From NCBI GenBank assembly GCA_051251855.1, contig JBPOGI010000002.1, forward strand, positions 672,001-736,000: DNA of 64,000 nt. Direction: 5' to 3'. Position numbers and translations under genes: made by a program. Source of the DNA: Roseibacillus sp. GTDB lineage: Bacteria; Verrucomicrobiota; Verrucomicrobiia; Verrucomicrobiales; Akkermansiaceae. The notes beneath the pieces are model-generated. The model saw nothing but the letters and a program-made list of their open reading frames with translations. It made no database searches and had not been told where the DNA came from. Positions 46,530 to 56,700 of this stretch are shown here, one piece after another (positions within the stretch are counted from its first letter, which is position 1; each line of letters begins with the position of its first letter).

Positions 46530-48329
46530 TCAGTCGCCTGATTTTAAGACCTTGATGAAGGCGTCTTGGGGGATGTTGACTTTGCCGAAAGCTTTCATCT
46601 TGGCTTTGCCTTTTTTCTGCTTCTCTAACAGTTTTCGCTTTCGAGAGATATCTCCGCCGTAGCATTTGGCGGTCACGTTTTTGCGCATGGCGCTGATGGT
46701 CTCGCGGGCGATGATGTTGCCGCCGATCGCTGCTTGGATGGCGACGGTGAACATTTGGGTGGGGATGACTTCTTTGAGTTTGGCGGCAAGTTCGCGGCCG
46801 CGGGCTTGTGCCTTGTCACGGTGGACGATGGTGGAGAAGGCTTCCACGGGTTCGGCGGCGATGAGCATGTCCATCTTGACCATGTTAGCAGCGCGGTAGC
46901 CGGCGTGTTCGTAGTCCATGGAGCCGTAGCCGCGAGTCATGGATTTGAGTCGGTCGTTGAAGTCAACGAGGATGTCGGCAAGGGGGACGACGGCGGTGAG
47001 GAGGACGCGGAATTCGTCGATGGTCTCGGTGTTTTCGAGTTCGCCGCGCTTTTCCATGATGAGCTGCATGGCGTCGCCGATGTACTCCCCGGGGAGCATG
47101 ATGAAGATGCGCACCATAGGTTCGCGGATTTGTTCGATTTCTTGCTGCTCGGGGAGGAAGGAGGGGTTGTCGATGATGAGTTCTTCGCCGTCGGTCTTGG
47201 TGACTTCGTAGATGACGGAGGGGTAGGTGGAGATGACGTCCATGTCGAACTCGCGGCGGAGGCGTTCTTGGATAATCTCCATGTGGAGGAGGCCGAGGAA
47301 GCCGCAGCGGAAGCCGAAGCCAAGGGCGGTCGAGCTTTCGTTTTGGAAAGTGAAAGCAGCGTCGTTGATCTGGAGTTTGCCCATCGCGATTTGAAGGGCC
47401 TCGTAGTCGGAGGTGTCGATGGGGTAGATGCCGGAGAAGACCATGGGGCGAATCTCTTTGAAGCCGGGGAGAGGCTCGGGACAGGGGTTTGCCTTGAGGG
47501 TGATGGTATCGCCGATTTTGATTTCGGCGGTGGTCTTCATGTTGGCGATGAGATAGCCCACATCGCCAGCGACGAGGCAGTCGGTCTTTTTCATGCCGGG
47601 GATGAAGACGCCAGTTTCCTTCACCTCGTAGTGGTTCTCAGTGTGGAAGAGCTTGATGCGGTCGCCCTTTTTGACGGTGCCGGACATGACGCGCACGTAG
47701 GAGATGACGCCCCGATAGGCGTCGTAGAGGCTATCGAAGACAGAAGCGCGTAGGATGCCATCTTCGGAGTCAACGGGAGGAGGGACGAGCTCGATCACTG
47801 CTTCGAGGATATCCTGGATACCAAGGCCTTGTTTGGCGGAGGCGGGGATGGCGGTTTCGCCGGGGATGGCGAGGATGTCCTCGAGTTGCTGGCGACACTT
47901 ACCAACGTCAGCGGCGGGAAGGTCGATCTTGTTGAGGACGGGGACGATGGCAAGGTCTTGCTCTAGGGCGAGGTTGACGTTGGCCATGGTCTGCGCTTCC
48001 ACGCCTTGGGCAGCGTCGATAATAAGAATAGCGCCTTCGCAAGCGGCGAGGCTGCGAGAGACTTCGTAGGAAAAATCAACGTGTCCGGGGGTGTCGAGGA
48101 GGTTGAGTTTGTAGGTAATTCCGTCTTTGGCGGTGTAGGCCATGGTGACGGGGTGGGATTTGATGGTGATTCCTTTTTCGCGCTCCAAGTCCATGGCGTC
48201 GAGGAGTTGAGCCTTGGAGTCGCGCTCGGCAACGGTTTGGGTGAACTCCAGCAGTCGATCGGAAAGGGTGGTCTTTCCGTGATCGATGTGCGCGATGATG
48301 GAGAAGTTACGAGTGAGGCTGGTATCCAT
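46530..48329 (-). CDS. lepA: Translation elongation factor 4
   Basis: RNFSIIAHIDHGK, DTPGHVDF, GFRCGFLGLLH, KCYGGDISRKRKLLEKQK. Confidence 0.98.
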   Translation of the reverse strand: MDTSLTRNFSIIAHIDHGKTTLSDRLLEFTQTVAERDSKAQLLDAMDLEREKGITIKSHPVTMAYTAKDGITYKLNLLDTPGHVDFSYEVSRSLAACEGAILIIDAAQGVEAQTMANVNLALEQDLAIVPVLNKIDLPAADVGKCRQQLEDILAIPGETAIPASAKQGLGIQDILEAVIELVPPPVDSEDGILRASVFDSLYDAYRGVISYVRVMSGTVKKGDRIKLFHTENHYEVKETGVFIPGMKKTDCLVAGDVGYLIANMKTTAEIKIGDTITLKANPCPEPLPGFKEIRPMVFSGIYPIDTSDYEALQIAMGKLQINDAAFTFQNESSTALGFGFRCGFLGLLHMEIIQERLRREFDMDVISTYPSVIYEVTKTDGEELIIDNPSFLPEQQEIEQIREPMVRIFIMLPGEYIGDAMQLIMEKRGELENTETIDEFRVLLTAVVPLADILVDFNDRLKSMTRGYGSMDYEHAGYRAANMVKMDMLIAAEPVEAFSTIVHRDKAQARGRELAAKLKEVIPTQMFTVAIQAAIGGNIIARETISAMRKNVTAKCYGGDISRKRKLLEKQKKGKAKMKAFGKVNIPQDAFIKVLKSGD

Positions 48330-48414
48330 GAAAATTTCGCCTGGGTAGGCGGGAGGGGAGCCTCTTGAATCCTAGGGAAAGAGTCAAGACAGGGGTGACG
48401 AGAACAATCTGGTT

Positions 48415-49584
48415 TTAGATGGCCGCTGCTGGCTCCGATATTTGGTCGTAACCGGCTGATTTCGGCTGTGCCTGTAGCATGAGGCGGCAGTAGCGTTCTC
48501 CTTCAACTTCAAATTGCATAAGGGTGCCGCGGGCGGGTATCTCCGCGCCATCAGCATGGTTTACGGCGCAGTTAAAGGAAGCGTATCCACTCTCATTGAG
48601 GCGCGTAACAGCCTGGCGGAAGGCTCGAAGGCTTTCGTCTGTGAGAAGGTCGTCGATGGGGCGGCCGATGAGGCGAGTTGAGTAAACTCCGGTGAGTTTT
48701 TCGACGTGGGGATTCACCTCGGTGATACGACCAAATTGGTCATAGCGCACGAATCCGTCGGTCGCGTTCTTAATCGATTGCGCCATACTTTGCTCGTATG
48801 TGGTGCACTTCTTGACCTCTTCTTCGAGGTAGCTCAGGTCGCGCACGGTGGCGAGAATAAGGGATTGCTCTTGAAACCGAAAATCACTGAAGCAGATGGA
48901 GACGGGGATGGTTCTTCCTGCTCCCACGTTCATTCGACAGTCGAATCGGGTGCGGGACTGTTGCTTGAGTTTACGAAATGCCTGAAAGGCCAGAGAGCGT
49001 CCTTCTCGGGAGGTCAAGTTACTGACCCTAAGACCAATCAGGCTTTCGGCTGGTCTGCGGGTCATGGATACCATGGCGCGATTGGTATTAATGATCGCGC
49101 CGCTCTCATCTGAGACGACGATTCCATCTGGACATGCTTCGAAGAGCTTTTTGGTGTAGTCCTTGAGGCTCTGCATTCGAAGAATATCGCGGAGTCGGCG
49201 TTCCTGTTGAATGAGGAGCGAAGTGAAAATTCTGAGGTTGTCGGAGTTGAGTTCGTCGAAAGGGCGGTAGAGTTTGAGAGTCCTCGTGGTGCCGGAGATT
49301 GGAACTTGAATGGCTTCTGAGTCCTCTAACTCTAATTCGGGGTCTGGCTCGTTGCCGTTTTCAATATAGTTGAGGTGGGCGCAATTCAAAAACTGGGCTC
49401 CAAACTCGAGAATCGTGATGATGTTGATGGACGGATCTTCGCCAAGTTCCAAGAGTACCGAGCTCAGGTCTGGAGAGGTGATTGGCTGAGCTTGTCGACT
49501 GGGCTCCATCTCGTCTCTGGACTTGGAGGGGATTTGAGGGGATTTGTTTTCAACTGAAATTGGGGCGATTGTCATGAGTAGCAA
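48415..49584 (-). CDS. Tandem PAS-domain protein with no evident output domain
   Basis: LFEACPDGIVVSDESGAIINTN and IKNATDGFVRYDQFGRITEVN; start uncertain. Confidence 0.8.
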   Translation of the reverse strand: MLLMTIAPISVENKSPQIPSKSRDEMEPSRQAQPITSPDLSSVLLELGEDPSINIITILEFGAQFLNCAHLNYIENGNEPDPELELEDSEAIQVPISGTTRTLKLYRPFDELNSDNLRIFTSLLIQQERRLRDILRMQSLKDYTKKLFEACPDGIVVSDESGAIINTNRAMVSMTRRPAESLIGLRVSNLTSREGRSLAFQAFRKLKQQSRTRFDCRMNVGAGRTIPVSICFSDFRFQEQSLILATVRDLSYLEEEVKKCTTYEQSMAQSIKNATDGFVRYDQFGRITEVNPHVEKLTGVYSTRLIGRPIDDLLTDESLRAFRQAVTRLNESGYASFNCAVNHADGAEIPARGTLMQFEVEGERYCRLMLQAQPKSAGYDQISEPAAAI

Positions 49585-49830
49585 GGGTGATGAACGCCCT
49601 TAGTCTTAGTTGAAGTTTAAGAAGTCTCAAGTTTATTTTTTACAAAATGCACGAATGATTTTTGTCATAAATGTCATAATTTGGATTTTTTAGGTGAATT
49701 CTCTATCGAAAGGTCATTTTCGCGAGTTTCACACGCCTCCCTCAGCTTTTTCTTTGGCGTTCCGTGCTGGAAGCGTATCTCATTCCTAGATTCGAAATGC
49801 CGGAGTGGTTCTCGACTCCTGGTTTTCTCG

Positions 49831-50853
49831 CTAGGAAGCTTTCTGGATTGGCTTGCTGCCTAAGGGTCCTTTTAGAGACCAGAGAATGAAGGCTGCTCCG
49901 ATCACGATGAAGAAGAGAGAGTAGAATTGGCCTTTGGTAAGAGCACCAATCATTGCGGAATCTGGAACTCGGAATTGCTCCACGAAAATTCGGCCGAGAG
50001 AGTAGAGTAGAAAGAAGAGTCCGGTGAGTAAGCCCGTGGGAAGTTTGGGGCAGCGAAACCGAAGGATTATGAGGAGGATGAAGAGGAGCAGTCCTTCTAG
50101 TAGTCCTTCGTAAACTTGAGAAGGGTGCCGATTGAGGAGGAAGGGTTCGACGGCAGCTTTGACGTCATCACTCGCTCTGATAGCGGCGGCGAGGGCTTGC
50201 TCTCCACCAATGTGGCTGCTGAAAGCTTGTTCGAGCGCTTGGCGGGGTTCGCCAGTAGAGGTTTCGATGGCGACACGCATGGCGTTGGGATAGTCGGCGG
50301 CTTCGGGGCATTTGTTGTTAAAAAGGGCGCCTGGAAATTTGACGAGCCACGGGAGATTACCTTTTGAGATGTGTCCAAAAAGCTCGCCGTTGATAAAATT
50401 GGCCATTCTGCCAAAGAAAACTCCCAAGGGGGCGACGCAGACGATGGCGTCGCCCAAAGCGGCCCAAGAGACTTTGGTGCGGCGGGCGTAGAACCAAGCA
50501 AAGATGGTTAATCCAAGGATGCCACCGTGGGAGGACATCCCACCGTCCCAGACTTTGATGATAGTGAGGGGATCGTCAGCGATTTGGCTGCGACCGTCGA
50601 CCGTGGGAAGCATGTAAAAAAGGACGTATCCAATGCGGCCTCCCAGGAAGACCCCGAGAAAGGCCCCATAAGCTACGAAGTCTGAGACTTTGTCTGGGGC
50701 GACAGGGAGAAGTTCTTTCTCGGCCATTTTTTTGAGAAGCCACCAAGCAGCGATGAATCCAGCGAGGTAGGCGAGGCCGTACCAGCGCACTTTGAGGGTC
50801 TCAGAGAGCGAAAAGAGGACGGGGTCGAGATCGTGGACGTAGGCGAGAAGCAC
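49831..50853 (-). CDS. lgt: Prolipoprotein diacylglyceryl transferase
   Basis: RWYGLAY, GGRIGY, GGMSSHGG, GRMANFINGEL, RHPSQVYE. Confidence 0.96.
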   Translation of the reverse strand: MLLAYVHDLDPVLFSLSETLKVRWYGLAYLAGFIAAWWLLKKMAEKELLPVAPDKVSDFVAYGAFLGVFLGGRIGYVLFYMLPTVDGRSQIADDPLTIIKVWDGGMSSHGGILGLTIFAWFYARRTKVSWAALGDAIVCVAPLGVFFGRMANFINGELFGHISKGNLPWLVKFPGALFNNKCPEAADYPNAMRVAIETSTGEPRQALEQAFSSHIGGEQALAAAIRASDDVKAAVEPFLLNRHPSQVYEGLLEGLLLFILLIILRFRCPKLPTGLLTGLFFLLYSLGRIFVEQFRVPDSAMIGALTKGQFYSLFFIVIGAAFILWSLKGPLGSKPIQKAS

Positions 50854-50900
50854 GGGGGCTTTTTAAGGTCAAACAGGGGAAGGTCGAAATGAAAATCCGT

Positions 50901-51518
50901 CTATTGGTCCAAATAGCTTGCAAGTGACTCGCGGAGAGTGCCTCGGGCGCGAAAAAGCTGAGATTTAACTGCTGAGACGGTGAGGTCGAGGACTTCGGCG
51001 ATTTCCTCGTAGGGAAGGTTTTGGTAGCGACGAAGGACGACAGCGAGGCGTTGTTTTTCGGGGAGAGCCTCGATGGCTTGGTCGATAGCGCTCTGAAGTT
51101 CGGCATTGAGATGCTCGTTATCAGGCTGCTGGTTGGGATTGGTGGGGAGCTCGAGCTCGTATTCGTCCTTCCGTTGATCGAGTGAGGATTCTTTGCGTCG
51201 AGATTTACGTCGAGTCTCGTTGAAGACCAGATTGCGGGTGATGGTGTAGAGAAAGGTGGTGAATTTGGCGCTTGGTTGGTAGCGAGCGCGGGACTTCCAC
51301 AATCGCAGAAAGACTTGTTGTGCAATGTCTTCGGCCTCACTGGCGTTGCCGAGCATCTTGGCGACGGTGCCGACGACGGCGTTCTGATGGCGCTCAATGA
51401 GCTCACGAAAGACTTCGTGGTCGCCTGTGGCTTGAACCTGGAGCATCAGCTCCACGTCCCGCGCGTTTTCTTGTTCCGGGTCGGGGGGCATTTCACTCAT
51501 CTGCGCAACGGCTACCAT
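50901..51518 (-). CDS. ECF RNA polymerase sigma-70 factor
   Basis: AEDIAQQVFLRLW, FTTFLYTITRN, LPEKQR, YEEIAEVL, VKSQLFRAR; start at 51518 or 51500. Confidence 0.93.
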   Translation of the reverse strand: MVAVAQMSEMPPDPEQENARDVELMLQVQATGDHEVFRELIERHQNAVVGTVAKMLGNASEAEDIAQQVFLRLWKSRARYQPSAKFTTFLYTITRNLVFNETRRKSRRKESSLDQRKDEYELELPTNPNQQPDNEHLNAELQSAIDQAIEALPEKQRLAVVLRRYQNLPYEEIAEVLDLTVSAVKSQLFRARGTLRESLASYLDQ

Positions 51519-51717
51519 CGATAGGTAGGAAAGAACCGCACGGCGAGACGGAAGTTGCGGGGAAATCGTCAAATAGTGGATTCTTGTTAATTTGGCACAG
51601 ACTTTGTTTTAACTTTTCCGTGACAGAGTTTTTCTTGCCGATTTTGAGAAAGAGGGGAACTTTGTTGTGTAGACATTGTGTTGGCATCGGGCTGAGTCTG
51701 TGCCCATTCTTTTTTTA

Positions 51718-52377
51718 GTGAAAAAAATCCCCAGTAGAGGCTTTAGCCTTGTCGAACTCCTCGTTGTGATGGGGATTATGGTGTTGTTCCTTGTCATGGG
51801 GGCTTCGCTCTTTCGTGGCGTGGGGAGGGGTGAGAGCCGAGAGGCTGTGCGGTCATTGATTCTCGCTGGTCTCAACAATGCGCAAACACGGGCAATTTCT
51901 TCGGGGGAATCGGTGGGGATGGTGATGATGCCCTATGAAGAAGGGCGCGTGGGACAGATGGGTCGATCTTTTACCATCTTTGAGGTGAAGAAAGATGATG
52001 TGACGGGAGACTTTGTGGCCGGCAAGCAATTGCGAAGGTGGGCCTTGCTACCGGGGCGCTTCGTTTTCTCGAAGGGGTTCACTGTTTCAGAGTCAGGGCA
52101 GAACGCCTACAATCAGCCCAATGTGGTCAACGTTTCGATTCGGGAAGGGAATGGGGGGAGCAAGCGGAGTGTAGATATGCCTGCGATTATTTTTGGCGGG
52201 ACGGGCAACGTGATCTGGCCCGCAGGAGAAGCGGAATTGGAATTGCACATGATGGAGGGCAAGATTCTTGACGGCGTGGTCACTGGATCCAGTGTTGGGG
52301 AAGATGAGTGGCAGAAGCGGGAAGTGATCGTTATCGGAAGGCAGACGGGAAGAGCCCGATATTTACAAACTCAGTGA
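51718..52377 (+). CDS. Prepilin-type protein (Verru_Chthon cassette D / FimT-GspH-like)
   Basis: G-FSLVELLVVMGI N-methylation motif; C-terminal QTGRA; GTG start at 51718. Confidence 0.82.
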   Translation: MKKIPSRGFSLVELLVVMGIMVLFLVMGASLFRGVGRGESREAVRSLILAGLNNAQTRAISSGESVGMVMMPYEEGRVGQMGRSFTIFEVKKDDVTGDFVAGKQLRRWALLPGRFVFSKGFTVSESGQNAYNQPNVVNVSIREGNGGSKRSVDMPAIIFGGTGNVIWPAGEAELELHMMEGKILDGVVTGSSVGEDEWQKREVIVIGRQTGRARYLQTQ

Positions 52378-52949
52378 GACAAGGAATTCCAGAGGTCCGC
52401 GGGCATGGCTACACTCTTACCGAGGTGATTCTCGCGATGGCAGTGATGGCCGTTTCGGTGCCCTTGATTTTGGGGCTGGTGGTTGCAGGAGGGGAAGCGA
52501 GTCGACAGGCTGAGCGAGAGACGCGGGGAGTGATGACAGCAAGGACGGTTTTTGAAGAGATTCGAAGGGCGCAGAACGGGAACAGTGCCTTTATCGACGA
52601 GGTCGATTTACCGTGGGCTGAGAATACGGAGGAGTCGATGATGGACGGAACGGCTTCGGCTTCAGGCGACGAAGCTGACGAGTGGCTCATTTTTGAGCTG
52701 AATGTCGATGGTGATATTTTAAGGAAGTCCGATGATATGGAGTACGATGGTCGCTGGTCTGGGGAAGGGGTAGAGGTTGTGAGTCTGGCTGCGGTGCGAG
52801 GATACTTTCAGGAGGTGGAGGATGTTGAGTTGGCTGATGGGGAACCTCTGAATGTCTTTCTCGTCGAGGTTCGAGTAGAAACTCCAGCTCGCGCGGAGGC
52901 CAAGAATCGAACGCGCTTAACCTTTGTTAGAAGTGATTCCTTAAAATGA
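52374..52949 (+). CDS. Prepilin-type protein (Verru_Chthon cassette B / PilV-GspI-like)
   Basis: G-YTLTEVILAMAV; GTGA overlap with the upstream gene; V.VETPA motif. Confidence 0.8.
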   Translation: MRQGIPEVRGHGYTLTEVILAMAVMAVSVPLILGLVVAGGEASRQAERETRGVMTARTVFEEIRRAQNGNSAFIDEVDLPWAENTEESMMDGTASASGDEADEWLIFELNVDGDILRKSDDMEYDGRWSGEGVEVVSLAAVRGYFQEVEDVELADGEPLNVFLVEVRVETPARAEAKNRTRLTFVRSDSLK

Positions 52950-53722
52950 AATCGTCACTCACAATATCAAAAGCGAGAGCGGGCTTTTCGTTGATTGAGG
53001 TCCTTGTTGCGGCGGGAGTAGGCACTGCGATTATTCTCATGATGGCCATGGCAATGAGGGTGGGCACTGATGGTTTCAATGAGGCGACCCGTCGCATTGA
53101 TGCGTTGGTAGAGGCGAGGGCGGCATTAGGAGTGATGGCGGATGATGTCTCAACCATGGTTGGAACTGGGGAAGAAGAATTTGGGTGGTCCGAGAGTGAG
53201 GAGCGATTCCACGAAGTGTGGTTTTTAAGCGTGAAGCCGATTGAGGCTCAGGATCCTGAGAAGGCGGTAGGTGATGTTTGTTTTGTTCACTACTTTACGG
53301 CAGTCACTCCGGATGCTCCAGTTGAAGGTGCCGCCTCTTCACGTAAGCTCTACCGCCGCTTGCTGAGTAGTGGAGATGTCATTAACGATATCGCTGCAGG
53401 GAAGCTCCCTGAGCCAGATCCTGACCCTGATCGAGCGGAAGCAATTGCCTTTAACGTAACGAGGTTCGAGGCGCAGCCGCTTGCGAGGCCCGTCGAGGAA
53501 GGCCCCTTGATTGAGTGGGTGCAAGGAGGAGGTTTGCCGGTCTCGTTGGGTATCGATTTTCAGGTGGTTGATGGAGATACGGCCGCGCTGATGCGTAGCG
53601 AAGAGGACTGGAATCTCACCTCTCAATTAGCACAAACTCTCATTCTGACTGAGGGTGATGACGATGAATCTAACAAAGGACGCGACTTTCAACTAAACCT
53701 CGAAATAGGCCATGCAAACTAA
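52946..53722 (+). CDS. Prepilin-type protein (Verru_Chthon cassette C / PilW-GspJ-like)
   Basis: G-FSLIEVLVA, EARAALGVMADD, GDVCFVHYF, LYRR. Confidence 0.82.
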   Translation: MKSSLTISKARAGFSLIEVLVAAGVGTAIILMMAMAMRVGTDGFNEATRRIDALVEARAALGVMADDVSTMVGTGEEEFGWSESEERFHEVWFLSVKPIEAQDPEKAVGDVCFVHYFTAVTPDAPVEGAASSRKLYRRLLSSGDVINDIAAGKLPEPDPDPDRAEAIAFNVTRFEAQPLARPVEEGPLIEWVQGGGLPVSLGIDFQVVDGDTAALMRSEEDWNLTSQLAQTLILTEGDDDESNKGRDFQLNLEIGHAN

Positions 53723-56700
53723 TATCCCCCAATTTTGCGCATTCAAAAGCAGACTTTCATCAGGCTTCGCTCTGCCGGCAGTGCTGATCATTTCCACAGG
53801 TGTTCTCATTTTGTTGGTGACTTTGATGACCATCGTGGAATTGGAACGCACGACGTCCAAAGCGCGTGTGGGTTCTTATCAGGCGGACTTGGCTGTCGAG
53901 TCAGGTTTCGAAGAGGCGAAGATGATTTTGGCTGGAGCTACTGCTTCTGACAGTTACGCCATCGGAGTGGTTCCTTTTGCCGCAGAGTTTGATGATAATG
54001 ATGACGGCACCATTTCCTCAGAGGAGGATGGTAACCTGAGTATTGCCAACGAAGAAAAGGGGCGTCCCTATCTTTATGCCATTCAAGGGGAGGTCGAAGG
54101 CGGTGGGGTGAATTTTCGAATGACGCCTCTCTTTGCCACCCACGAGGGGCCAGGAACGCAGGCTGTTAATAGGGACGGGGAGTTGACTCTGCCCACCGAA
54201 CCTGGGCTGTCGCTTCAGCAAAAGAGCAATCTGGATAATCGGGTCGCAGTGAGGGGGACGCCGCATATTCAAGCGCCGGTCACCGCTTGGAGGACGATTA
54301 GGGACGATGAGGACATTCCGATTGCTCGTTACTCTTATTGGGTGGAAGACATGCAAGGCTATCTCGATGCTGAACAGGTTGCTGGCAATAGGCGTAATAG
54401 CGGGGCGCATGGTCGAGCCAATGAGGTATGGACGCAGCAGGTTGATTTGTGGAATGAGGAAGTGAGTTCAATTGCTGAAAAGTACGTTGAAGATGGCGGA
54501 GCGGTGCCGTTGTGGCCTGCGCCAGGACTGAATCCAGCCTATGCGAAAGCAGTGACCGGAGAAGATGAAGCGGTTGCAGAAGAGAGCCTTTTGAGTGAAA
54601 TAGCGGTCTTTACTTTGGACCAAAGTAAACCTGGGGTGAAGGATGAGAGCGACCTTGACGATTCCATGAGGGAGCTGGCGCCCAAAGCTCCGACACCAGC
54701 CTCTTTGTTAGCTCTTTCTGGGGTGGAAGCTCCCTTGGAGCGGGTGCCGGAAGGGGTTGAGCGAGGCCGGCTGGAATTAAAGGGTGGAGGCGATCCTGAG
54801 CCTCGATGGATTGAAGAGAGTTTTGTCACTGGCAATCAATCGTGGGAGGAATTTGCGCTCATACCCTTTGCGCCCGGGTTGGATCCCGGTGTGATGGGTG
54901 AGCTACGGCTGAATTTGAACGAGAAACTCGAAGAGTTGGAGGGAGCTACCGCTGCCGCTGGTGGGACTGTCTCGCAAGGGGTGGTCGAGGAGATTGCGGA
55001 CCACATTGCGGAGGCTCTCCCAAGATTTTCTTCTCAAAGGCGAGGTGGATTTGGCGATTGGCAAGAGGGCGACGAGCAGGATGCTGCTTACCTGAAAACT
55101 TTTGCGGCGAGCCTCATCGATTACGCAGACACCGATAGTGTGCCGACGATGGATGAAGACGAATATCGAGGAGTCGACTCTCATCCTTTCATCACGGAGT
55201 ATCTTATCACACATCGGATTGATGGTTTTGAGAAAAGGAACGGAGCCAACTTTATTGTGATCGAGGTCGAGACTTTTGCGGAGCTTTGGAACATGAGCAA
55301 CTATCCCGTCACTGGGAACTTTGAGTTAGGTTATATCAATCCGTTTGTTTTTGAAGCGTTGGGGAATCCTGAGATTGATTTCATGACTCCGCTTGATGAG
55401 ACCGTTCCGAGTTCATCGCAGAGTTGGTCGAGTCATTTCCTTACAAAGGATGAGGAAAGCAACCGTTGGTATTCGACGCCGAAGGAAGTCACCATTCCGG
55501 CCAACGGATACACGCTGGTTTCTACCGGAATTATCAGTAACCACATTTTGGTGTCGCCAAGTGGAGACTTCTTGCCTCTTCCGATCGAGCTTTCGATTCT
55601 CGAGCGTGAGGAAGTCGCAAATTATCGCTTGAAGTGGGATGATGTCTTGTGTGATCGCAGTGGGGGCGGGCTCGAACTCACTACGATGACTCTAGATTTG
55701 TCGAGTCGGTCCCAAGTGACTAAGGCGGTCATTTGTGGGACGTGGGGAGAGTTTCGCAATTTCTACAGTGGGATGTATGACCCTCGTCAATCATGGTGGG
55801 CGGGGCTGGATAATGAAGAGGGAGTTGTTTCGGAGAATAGTTACCCTCAAAACTATAGTCCAGGTCGACGCACAGTGAGGTATGGTTCCATCGGGAGACA
55901 CGATGAAGATGCACTGCATGGCCGAGTCCTTGTGTCCCAGTGGCCTGATGGGGGGCATGATTCTTCCTTCGAGCTAGGGTCATTTCATAAGGCTGGGAGT
56001 GGGACAAGCGACCGAGCGCTTCGTCCAGATTCACCCGACCTCTATACAGAAGATATCGAAGCTGAACCTCTGAAGTCGCCTTTGTTCGTGTCAAATTTAG
56101 GCCGTTTTTTCAGCGAGTCAGAACTGGGCAATGTCTATGACCCCCACATGTGGCAGCACAAAAGCAAGCCCAGTAATACTCAAGAGATTTGGTATCAGGG
56201 GAGTGCGAGCGATAGCCGGAATAACAATGTTCCGGAGGTTGAGGTGGCATCGAAGCCGTCGACCGTGGTGGGAGGTGGCAACACGATGCGTATCGGGCGG
56301 CCTGAGCATGCTCGTTTCGATGAAATCGGGGTTCGTGCTTCTCATTTGTTAGACCTCTTTCATTGCGGGGAGCCCTACTCCATCACCTTGAGTGAGCAAA
56401 CGGGGGACAAGCGGCGTGTTCAGGGACAGGTGAATGTGAATACGGCATCACGTGAGGTCTTGCGAAGTCTAGTGGCAGGTATTTTGGCAACTGACCCTGA
56501 GATTTGTAAGCAACTCAACTCGTTCAATACGCGAGATACTTTCGCTCCACGGACCTCGGATCGATTTGAGAAGATTTCGGCAACTGACGCCATTTCTGGT
56601 AAGGGAGGTTTGACCGATGAAGGGGGTGCAATTGCGGATGCTATTATTGCCAGTCGACCTTTTGTCTCGCGTTCACAACTAGCAAGTTTGATCTATCCTT

